In this document: piece by piece, positions 13,001-25,000 of the stretch | Layout of the letters: each line of letters begins with the position of its first letter | How positions within the stretch are numbered: position 1 is the first letter of the stretch | Source: Bugula neritina | Lineage: Eukaryota > Animalia > Bryozoa | Length of the DNA: 64,000 nucleotides | Direction of reading: 5' to 3' | NCBI GenBank assembly: GCA_964035545.1 | Contig: OZ037767.1 | Coordinates: 23,266,628-23,330,627, forward strand | Notes under the pieces: model-generated | The model's input: the letters and a program-made list of their open reading frames with translations, nothing else | Database searches by the model: none | Told to the model about the DNA's origin: nothing | Made by a program: the position numbers and the translations under genes

Positions 13001-16000
13001 AACCGATAAAGGCCATTGGTGATGTTAGGAAAAGCATCCGGTCATAATTGCTCCTGTGCCCCATCTGAATAAGTCCTTAGTTCAGATTTAACAAAAACCC
13101 TTTCCATCAGGGGTTTTCTCACAGGGATAGCGACTATAAACTTGCGTAACTCCCTATTTTATATACAGTCCCAATATTTCATATCAAGAGCCATTATTAT
13201 TATGTTAGTTACGGTCACTAAACACAGAGTCAAGTATGATATCAGCTAACAACTAGACTCACCTGCAACAGGTGCTGTGAAGAGCTGAAGTTCTCGTGAG
13301 TGTACTCATCCACCTCAACCCCGCTATTTTTCAACTGCTGCTGCAGTATCCCCACTCTAGAGATCAAAATCCTCACGACCTCTTCGCTCTCCTCGCTGTC
13401 TCTAGTGATAGCCACCTCGGGTGATTTGCTGACGTCGGCGAGTAGACTGTCCATGTCTGCTGACGCCACTCCATTCTGCAGAGGTGCGGCAACCGTCACA
13501 AACACGGCGGTTTCACTCGTAATCTCCGGAGAATCTAGAAGAATCTCGGGCGTAACGGCGACTTTACTTTCCTTCCTGATTTTATTTATCACGGCATACT
13601 CGTACTTTTGCTTAGTCGGGGGAGACAATTGCGCCGTAGCCTTAGGAGCTGGTGAACTGGCAGGTGTAAAATTGGCTACTTTAGATCGGATGCCCACCCA
13701 CCTCTGGTTTAGCTCCAGAATGTGCTGCTCAATGGAGGGAGTATCGCACTCCGTGAGCTCTTCGGCCTGCTCGTTCAGCGCATTGATATCTACCTGTCTT
13801 CGAGCTATTTCTTCTTCAATTTCCTTTAAAAAAATATTAAAATAATTATTACAATAGAAAATTTAATGTGCAAACACCAGCAGCCCCACAGGTTTTATAC
13901 TATTGGGTCTGAAATTATGACAATAAAATATAATAAAGAAATAATCACAGCAATACTATTCATAACCATACAAATGGTTTCAGATTCGAAAGTTATACAT
14001 TTTGCTGTCCTGTATTGTAAACAGTAGAATTAGGATTCTTAGAATAGCTAGTGTTTCTCATGGTTTAAATGTTACTCATAGCCTGAGTCCCCAACCTGCA
14101 GAAGGTCTGTCTGTGTTTGAGCCATTTCCAGCCTCTTCTCAAGATCTCCCAGTTTCATGAACATCAAAGCTGAACTGTACTCATATTTCTGCCACCTTTC
14201 TACTGTGCTGCTGCGCTTGCTGTTCCAGTCAGTCTGTAACCAGAATATTATATTTATTGTAGAATAGTACACCAACCTCAGTATATTACCAGAATATTAT
14301 ATATAGTATATTACACCAACCTCAGTATATTATCATAATATTATATATAGTATAGTATACCAACCTCAGTATATTATCAGAACATTATATATAGTATATT
14401 ACACCAACCTCAGTATATTATCATAATATTATATATAGTATAGTATACCAACCTCAGTATATTATCAGAACATTATATATAGTATATTACACCAACCTCA
14501 GTATATTACCAGAATATTATATATATTATATTACACCAACCTCAGTATATTATCAGAACATTATATATAGTATAGTACATCAACCTCAGTATATTACCAG
14601 AATATTATATATAGTATAGTACACCAACCTCAGTATATTATCATAATATTATATATAGTATAGTACATCAACCTCAGTATATTATCAGAATATTATATAT
14701 AGTATAGTACATCAACCTCAGTATATTACCAGAATATTATATATAGTATAGTACACCAACCTCAGTATATTATCATAATATTATATATAGTATAGTACAC
14801 CAACCTCAGTATATTATCAGAATATTATATATATTACACCAACCTCAGTATATTATCAGAATATTATATATATTACACCAACCTCAGTATATTATCAGAA
14901 TATTTTATATAGTATATTACACCAACCTCAGTATATTATCAGAATATTATATATCGTATATTACACCAACCTCAGTATATTATCAGAATATTATATATAG
15001 TATATTACACTAACCTCAGTATATTACCAGAATATTATATATAGTATAGTACACCAACCTCAGTATATTATCAGAATATTAGGTATATTACACTAACCTC
15101 AGTATATTATCAGAATATCATATAGATTGTAGCATAGTACATAATGATAACGTACATGTATACAGATATCTAGGAATTAAAACATCAAAATAATACACTG
15201 CATAAAAAGGGAAAGAGAAAGCTGATAGAGTATGAAATGAATGTATGTATGATTATTGTATCTATCCTTACCTATGCTAGTTAATACAGATACCTTCCAA
15301 CACACCGTAAGAGCCCATAACAAAGATATGCTGAAAGACTATGAGGAGAGCAGAGTAGTGCCAACTAAGTAATAAGTATGCTGTACACCTACTTACTAAT
15401 CTAATATACACTGATGAATAGCACACTTGTGTTGTGTGTACAATGCTATCACCTACTTCACAGTGTAATAGTTACACACACACACTGCTATATAACCACT
15501 GGCTAACTCACCTAATATGTGACCACTACTATAATAGTTCAACTACTGTAGTAGTGCAACTAGTGTAACTACTATAATATAATAACTACTGTAACTACTG
15601 TTATAGTGCAAATACTGTACTGTAATATTGTAACCACTGTAATGTTGTAACCACTGTAATACTATAACCACTGTAATATTGTAACCACTGTAATATTGTA
15701 ACCACTGTAATATTGGAACCACTGTAATATTGTAACCACTGTAATATTGGAACCACTGTAATACTGTAACCACTGTAATATTGCAACCACTGTAATATTG
15801 TAACCACAGCAATATTGTAACCACTGTAACATTGTAACTACTATAATATTGTAACTACTGTAATATTGTAACTACTATAATAGCATACAACTGATATACA
15901 CCAACACATCTACAGACACACCACATTACACAAAATTGTGTAGTGTGGTCAACAAGTATTTTAATACTTGTATCAGAAGGATTTCATGGAATAGTTGATG

Positions 16001-19000
16001 ACATACAGAGTAAACTTTGTCTTTATTTGCCCTGGTAACAATAAATTCTAAGAGAATAAAATAGTGTAATAGAGTGTGCAGACATGTACTAACACAACAG
16101 AACCTAGGTATTCAAACTACAAACCTTTGAACTATGTATGCAAAAAAGATTAGTATCATTTTAGTGAAATTTTGTTAAACAAATCTTTGAAATCAACATA
16201 AAGGTAAATAAGAAACAACTCAATAAATATCCCATACCTTTTTCTCATAATTACTATGTTATAATTCTCTAAACAGCATAATTTTCAAGTCAATTGAAAG
16301 TCAACATTGTTGGAATACAGTAAGCCACTATATAAATTCAACAACTCGCACCAAATACAGAATCCTAGTGAGCTAGGAAAATTAACTGAGCATTGATAGT
16401 AACTACAAATGATCTATTATATAATTGTGGATAAAACTAGAAATTACATTGGCTATTGTATATATCGATAGAGTACCTGATATCAATCTTCAAGTGGATA
16501 GTTAGCCTAGCTATGGTAACTAATAGCCAGTATATCATCTGCATACATATACACAAGTAGTTGCACTGTTCCTAGCCCCCAGTTGGTTTACTTATTAATT
16601 ACTACAGACAGCGAAATGATTATCATATGGTTTTTATAAAAATACCTGCAGGATTTAATTTAAAGATAAACAAATCCTAAATACTGGATACTGTAACTGC
16701 AGCACAAACTACTCTAAACAATCTAATGACTTTAGCTAAGATGAAATACACAACTGGGATTACAATCACAGTGAACTTAGTAGAAAATTTTCCAGCTATG
16801 AATATGTGCAGACATTTTAATTTTTGTTCACAATAACTGTCAACGGAGTTGCTTCCTCTTCAACTGGGATGCTACAGCGTAGTTTGCTAATGTTTTAATA
16901 AAAGCAAAGATGTGCAGTTGACAAAATTATTTTCAAATTAAGCTGAGTTTTGCTGAAAAGACTAGAGCAACTTTTCAAAAATATGTAAATTTGGGTGTTT
17001 AACTAGAAACAGAGAGAACTATTAGTAGAAGCTTGTTTCAGTAAGCTTTATAAAAAGAAGGAACTTGCTAAAAATCTATATTTTCAGAAGGTAATAACTA
17101 GTTTATCATTAGACATGTATTTAAAATAATCTCTTACTGTGAAGTAATTAGTGTAGAATAAATCACAAGAAATTGTAATGTTTATCATTAATTTACAGCA
17201 ACATTGATTAATAATATGCTTTGAATAAAAGGAGGCATTTGCAATACTGTATGCAAAGTATATTAGTTAGCCTGTATTGCAGCTAATAAACTCAATTCAC
17301 TTTCCTGTTATCGAAAATTATTTTTTCTAATAATCAAACTCAGCTTTCCAACTTATACACAGTTGGCTAGGAACGAAAAGTTATTATATTTTTGTTATAC
17401 ATACCATAAGAAGACAATTATTCTAACAGTAGTGTAACCATAATGAGCAATATACAAAGTTACTACAAATACTAGTAAACGCTCACAGTTTAACGATTAT
17501 ATCTAGTGTAACCAAGAATATGGTAGATATATAGTATCCAGGGGGAGATCAAACCCAGCACTCATTTCTGTATAATCAGAAAGTATATATTAATATTGAA
17601 TACACACCAGGAGGAGCTGGAACTCTTCTTTACAATGTTCAGGTAGTTCTCCCTCCACGGCTTCACACTGAGCGAAAGCAGATGCCAAGGTATATTTACT
17701 GATGCCTGAGTCAGACAGAGACGCTGTCAACTTGAGGTAAGTACTCTCAGCCGAGTGGAGGCCGGCTGACTCATCAACAGCATCAGCCGTTGACTCATTA
17801 TTCAACTAAACACACAGTGACAGTGAGTTTATTTCAGACTCGACATCAATTGTAAAGAACTCAACAGTGCAGTTGAAACATAATGGGTGTTTTAGTGAAT
17901 AAATGATGCAGAGTCAAATATCTTCCAAGATAGTTATAAAACTCCATGCTGGGTGTAAAATGGACTGATATCTTATTGCACAGCAAGTAATACTGTATAG
18001 AATATATACAATAAAAACAAGATGTGATTGGCCAGCTTTAATAAAACTCAACAGGCGCTTGTTACTCAACTAGAGTTGAGAACCAGTCTTTTCACCAGCA
18101 CTTCAACTTCAGTCTACGTGAAGTATTAGTACTGTACTGTATGACTATTACTCACCTGTGGGCTCTGAGTAACCTGCTGAAATGCATCAGTCATGGAATC
18201 AACTACGGGTACTACTTTCTCTTTGTAATTGTCTCCCTTAGCTGATAAGTCGTCAGCTTTTTCACAGAGGTTTGTCATTTCTCCTCTTAATGTTTTCAAC
18301 TCATTTAGGAGTTTCTGCAAATACAAAAAAGTTAAGTTACTGACAATCAACTGAAAGTCTAAGATTAATGAGAGTGATCAGTGAGTATGATAAGTGAGTG
18401 TAACTGTTGAATTAACTAGTAAGTATAACTAGTGAAGTTTGCTTAGTAGGAGTGATTAGTAGGACTCCAGTGACTCGTGAAAATTACTAACAAAAAGAGT
18501 GGAACCTAATGATAATATTTATTACTAAACAGGAAAAGCATATTTAGAAATGCAACTCATTATAGAACTTGCTATTTGTTATTTCCATTTAAAAACTTGC
18601 AGTATAAACCAGCTCTAGCTCACTAGATAAAAAATTACTCAAAGTAAATTGACAAAATCAATCCAATCCGACTATTTCATAATACAACCCACAAGTTAGG
18701 TTATCAATAGATATGTAGTGCCTTGAGTAACGCCCGCCTGATCACAGTTAGAAAGGAAAATAGTCTGGCATCGCAGAGCAACAGAAAGGAAGCGCGAATC
18801 CCAAGATACGGCTGCGCTATCAATTAGGTTTGAAAATAGGTATGCTAAAAATGATATGTCACAAAATGGTCCACATTACACAACTACTAATACAGCATTC
18901 CACAAAGTTCAGTTAGCTACTAATACAGCATTGACATAATGGTGACCAAAAACTTAGTTTTAGAAAAAAATCCTACCTCCATAAGGCTGTCTAAACTCTC

Positions 19001-22000
19001 CATGCTAACAGATGTTGCGAACACGCTAAAGAGATCAATACCTACGCTACTATCTTAGAGCTGAACAATACTACTTCATGTTTCAGACTAAGTATAAATA
19101 AATCATCCCCTAGTATACATCACACACAGTTGTGGAGAGAATGAACTAATACATCTATTCACTGGAACATATTACACATATGTTACCCACAGTTTATCAA
19201 TATTTTTCAAGATAAAGATGTAGCAGCTCAGAGGTCAACTTTTCCTTGTGGAGTGCGTAAGCTGCTTACAATTCATTGAAACAGCAGATGTTACGAGAAT
19301 TTCAACGCAAGTGGAGAGGCTGAAATAGTTTTATCTAAGCACCCCAATACACCACAAATATTTGAGAATTGTCTGCCCCCTTCCCTAGTCTTACTGATTT
19401 TGTTTATATAATGTGCACAATAATACATAAGCTAAACTATGTATAATATTTTGCTAGCTATCATAGGCGTAATCATACAAAACATTATAATGTACAAGCA
19501 ATAACAACATATCATGAAACATAAAGTCAAAATGTCAACCAGAGGAATAATAATCAACAAGAACCAAAGCGTGAAAAGACAGATTGTCAACATGGAACCC
19601 TTACCGCACACTACTTCATACATGGTAGAGAAGTAACTCTGAATTAATGTACAGAACCACAACCTGTTGTTGCAAAGCATTGAGATTTCTGTCAGAAACC
19701 ATTATACAACATATTTTGCTAGCAGGATTTAGTAGAACTGCCTTTTTAGGAACCATGTGCATGCAGTTGTAAAAGTTTTAATAACTCAGCATATAGAAAC
19801 TAACGTGTATTTTGTACTCATGTTTCCATAATAGTCATGATGAAGAACTAAAAGTCACACAGCACCTCACTCACCTGTTTGTCCAGGTATGAGTCACACA
19901 GCACCTCACTCACCTGTTTGTCCTGGTAAGAATTAATATGAGACTGGACAGAGCTGATGTCATGCAGTAACTTTTGACTCCTGGCAACAAACACCTCCAG
20001 GTCAGCATCAGCTTGCGCTCTTTGCATCTGTAATCACATGTTATAATATTAGACTGAGGACCTAGACACAAGAGCTGCAAATAATGAGTAGACTTATTCA
20101 AATGTCCCATCATATATACCAAGGTAGAGACCTGCACACTTTGTAGCCTAGCAGCTAAACTTTCTGCCACAGTTTGATATCTTTCTTTTATAGATTCCAG
20201 GTTGACTTTCGCTTCATCTAATGCCGTCTCCTCAGCATATTGCTGAAACTGCTCGTACAGAGTGGAAATAGCAGTTAGAGTTGTCTGCACGCTCTCTAAC
20301 TTCTTATTATTCTCCTAAACAGAATAGCTCAATATCTTTATAATATTATGATATATCATAAATGAACAGTCTATTTATCCGGATAGTAAGATAACACTTT
20401 ATCTACACACATAAATTACACCATTAAGTATATTCACCTCTAGCCATAGCAGCTCCTCATCCAAGTCTTGTATATCTTGCTGAAGTCTGGATTCAGCTGA
20501 TTCTATTAGACTCGTCACTTTGGAGTTGTGTTTTGCAATGACCTTTGAGATCTACACCATCACAAACTATACAGTTTAGCAAGTTAAAGTGAAACACGAT
20601 AAGCTTAGTCATTTAGTTAAAAGCCAAACTATTTCTTCAGTTAACACTATGCAGTTGCACCAACAGTACTAAGTACTCGGTATTACTGCGGTATTTATGA
20701 GGTAATGCAGTGGTTAGAGTGCTGGCCTAGTAAACACTAAGTCAGTTGTTGAAGTCCAAACACTGGTGGTGATGTTAGGAAGAGCATCTACTCATAATTG
20801 CTGTTGTGCTACATATGAACAAGTCTTAAGCCGCTTTAAAAAAACCCTTTCCATCAGGGATACAGAATATAAATTAACGTGAGTTTTCATTTAAAAGGTG
20901 ACTAAACACAGTAAGCTAGTGCTGACTCTTACTGCTGACCTTGAGAGCTTTGTCAAGGTCCTTTCTAGCCTGAGATATCTGAGAGCCAAGTCGGTTGTAC
21001 AGAGTTTTAAGAGCATCCAGTGTTTGATTAACTCTCCGAGGAAAATCTACCTGCTTCTTCTCCACCAGCTGTCTTCCTGTTTTAATTACGTATTCTACTT
21101 CTGTCTTTATCTCACTCATCATACTATAGAACTTCTACAAATACAACTCATCAGACTATAGAACTTCTACAAATACAACTCATCATACTATAGAACTTCT
21201 ACAAGTACAGCTCATCATACTATAGAACTTCTACAAGTACAACTCATCATACTATAGAACTTCTACAAGTACAACCCATTATACTATAGAACTTTTACAA
21301 GTACAACTCATCATACTATAGAACTTCTACAAGTACAACCCATTATACTATAGAACTTCTACAAGTACAACTCATCATACTATAGAACTTCTACAAGTAC
21401 AACCCATTATACTATAGAACTTTTACAAGTACAACTCATCATACTATAGAACTTCTACAAGTACAACCCATTATACTATAGAACTTCTACAAATACAACT
21501 CATCATACTATAGAACTTCTACAAGTACAGCTCATCATACTATAGAACTTCTACAAATACAACTAAACATGCTATAGAACTGCTACAAGAGTAATAAAGA
21601 TTTTTTTGGATGAATACACTCTGTAACATTTTCTAAAATATATATGTAAAACATGTCATAGACATTTGCAAGTAAAATTGATAACGTAATTTAAAAAATC
21701 TGCCCAATACAATGGTGAGCATTATACAATGGTGAGACAAACAGACACAGAGTAAAACAAATAAATAAACAGACAAACGAGCCAGGAGACAGTATACAGA
21801 TACACTTAGACATTGCTGACTTACAGCACACTGTTGAAGTCTGGCACCAACATGCTCTGGATCTTCGCTGTAGATCTCAATGAGATACACCTTGTCATCA
21901 ATCTCATGGAGCTGTTGCTGAGCTCTTCTCAGCTTAGGGTCAAAGTCCACAGGTCTCTGCCATTTGAGAAAGTTCTGCTGACATATTGAGTAGTCTTCCT

Positions 22001-25000
22001 AGAAGTACACACACTACGTTCATGGTTCATGCTACAAATATTCTAATATAAAGACAAGACCATCATGTTTAAATTACACTACACTTCACTACACTTCACT
22101 ACACTACACTTCACTATACTGCATTGCACTTCACTATACTGCATTGCACTTCATTATACTGCATTGCACTACACTACACTACACTTCACTATACTGCATT
22201 GCACTACACTACACTACACTTCACTATACTGCATTGCACTACACTACACTATATTACACTATACTGCATTGCACTACATTATATTACACTATATTACACT
22301 ATACTGCATTGCACTACATTATATTACACTATACTACACAATACTACACTATACTTCATTGCCTTTCCATTCCTTGCGAAACACGCCGTTGCACTACACA
22401 ATGCCAGGCTACACAACACGACAATATGACTGAGACTATAATATTAACACTGCACTATACCGCTATCAACTCAAGTTTCCTTTCAAGTCTTTCTGCTGCC
22501 AATATCTTGTTAAGAGACTTAAAGTCAGAAATCTGGACTGAAATTGACTCCAGGAAGGCATCTTTATCAGAGAACTCCTCTTTCAGGGTCTGAAACATGT
22601 TGAACAGATACTGATTATCAGGCGACATAAGCAGAATATAGGCTTGTCCACATTGAGGCACATTCAGGAATGACACAACAAAATAATTGTGCGTAAATTA
22701 CCAGTGACTTGAAACCATTTGCACACCCAAAAACTTTCTAACCAAGTGTATCTTATTTAACTGAAATGCTTTTCATGAAAAAATCCTTGAATCCTACGTT
22801 TCTGTAACTTACAGCAAAATCCTCTGGCAAATCACCAGCCAATAGGTCTTGGTCGTTCCAATCTCTAAACAAAGCGTTCACTTCATTCATCCATATCTCC
22901 ATCTGGGACAGTCTGAGCTCTGTGTCCTGGGATTTCTGTGAGGTTCGGTCAAGTAGTGCCACTCTCTCGCGTGCCTAAAACATAGCAACAGGAAGTTCTA
23001 TTGCTAGCCCTCACACCTGACTGAAATACTTTACCTGCTGCATTACTTCTACTATACGTTATATGCAGATGAACAAACCATGATTTGCAAAGGTAGACTA
23101 TGGAAGTATCCCGTGTTACCTTAGTGTAATACAATATACGCTGTAATATATACGTAATACAAATGTGTAGTGTATTCTACACACGATACAGTAAACAGGT
23201 AACACCTAACAATAAATAAGTACATAGATTGAGACTACACCTACAACAGATGTTGAAAGGTAAGAGTTTCTTACAGATACCTTCTGAGTGAGCTCGTTGT
23301 ACTGGACATCCAGCTCTGATTTGACAGAAGAGGTCTCTTCACTGAGAATGTTCATCTGTTTGAACCACTCACAGAGGTCATTGAGAGCTTCGCATGACAG
23401 GTTATCCCAGTTTTCCAGAAGACTCTCCAAATCCTACAGCACAAAAAAGTAGTATATACAGTTTAGGCTTTAGTGGACATACAAACCAGATGATGAAATT
23501 GTGGTGACTTCCACCATCTAGTCCTGTGTGTACATGAAATGAGACGTATGACTCAACTCTCAACTCTCAACATACACTCAGTACCAGAAACATCTATACA
23601 TTGTCCAGTAATAAAGCATGTCCCAACTACCACTATGTTGATGAAAAGTGGGTCAACTACTAAACCTGCTCAACTAACTAATATGAACCATATTTGCGCA
23701 ATCCTGGAATTGCTCTCTTCCATTAAATTCATGCTTTTTAATTGTGGGTTGAACTTGTAGCTTTGATAACATTTGTTAGGCAATTTTAAACTCACTAAAT
23801 CTGAAAATGCCTTCAAGCAATTCGCACTGCAGAGTATACCAACATACCGCATTTTATCTCTTTGGTTAAGTAAATGCATGCCCAGGAATGAAAGCTAATT
23901 TTCTCAATCAAAATAAAAAAAATACGACTCAATTCTAATGTACAATTGACCCTGCCAGGTTAACCATTGCAGCGCTTTACAATGTTTAAAATGTCAACCG
24001 ATTTTGAGCTATCATCTATTATAAATCAAGCAGTACCACAGCAAATATATAAATACACTTACAAGTTAATAGTGGAAAAGAACTTACATCCATTTCTGCC
24101 GCCATATCCTCGGCATCAACAGTTTGGTTGTCTCCTGTGGTCAGTTTCTCTTGAAGCTGGTTTAAGTATGACTTTTCTGATTGGACAAAAGAGAGAAAGT
24201 CAGAATATCTAGTTGAAATGTCGGAGCATTCTACCTGTTTAGCAGCTAGTCTGTCAGCAACAAACTACAGAAAAGAAAAGATACATCCAGATAAACTAGT
24301 TTCGCTCATCACAAAGTGCAACTCCTGTAACATCTTTTAGCAATAAGAAAAGACCTGACCATTTAGTACAATAGTACAAAGTACAACATCTGTAACGCTC
24401 TTTGAAAATAAGATGTGACCTGACAATGTAATGGAATAGGGTGTACCATGACAGCATTAAGCTGAACAATTCTAAGATGTGTAGAGTCAAATTACTTAAT
24501 TAAGAATTTGACATAAATTTAAAAGTAATTGTGTGTTTGTCTGATTCTCAGCAATAATCTCAAAACCAACTAATAACTACAAAGGACATGGTGGAAATCA
24601 GTTTCAGTTCAATTTAGTCACCAATTTATAGTTGATTACAAATTAATAAATATTAAAACTGCAGCTAATTTTGTGAGCTTTGCTTTCACCAAACATTATT
24701 CCTTGCTTTTACATAATGAATTCTGTTTCAGGAAGTTTAGCCACAAGCCAAAACTGAGTTAAGGCAAAATCCTTCTAAAGTATCTAATAATGTCATTGAG
24801 TAATAAAAGAAGCACACCTTCCACTTGTGGTCTATGTGTTTAAGTCTGCTCATCAGTTTAGGGAGTGAATCTTGCCTTGATCTCTCCATTAAGTCTGCAG
24901 AGACAGACTGTATAAGTTGAAGCTGAGACCTTTTGGCCTCAAGGTTCTCTTCTAGCCTCTACACATGTCCATAAAATGAGTTTTTTTCTGCTTCGTTCGC

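Noticed and set aside
12938-13015. Possible tRNA gene
   Set aside because: No proper acceptor stem or terminator; it continues into a repeated body with a TSD, so it is a SINE head.
13300-13845. 181-aa + strand ORF
   Set aside because: Antisense shadow of the long dystrophin exon 13263-13823.
15294-15330. 37-nt exon-like segment with AG/GT ends
   Set aside because: Phase 2->0 is incompatible with the flanking phase-0 exons and there is no in-frame ATG; no other support.
21115-21590. CRISPR-like appearance of the 32-bp repeat
   Set aside because: Units are head-to-tail with no unique spacers, there are no cas genes, and the context is a eukaryotic intron.
22065-22593. LHYT-repeat ORFs on the + strand
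   Set aside because: Pentanucleotide satellite plus the antisense of a dystrophin exon.
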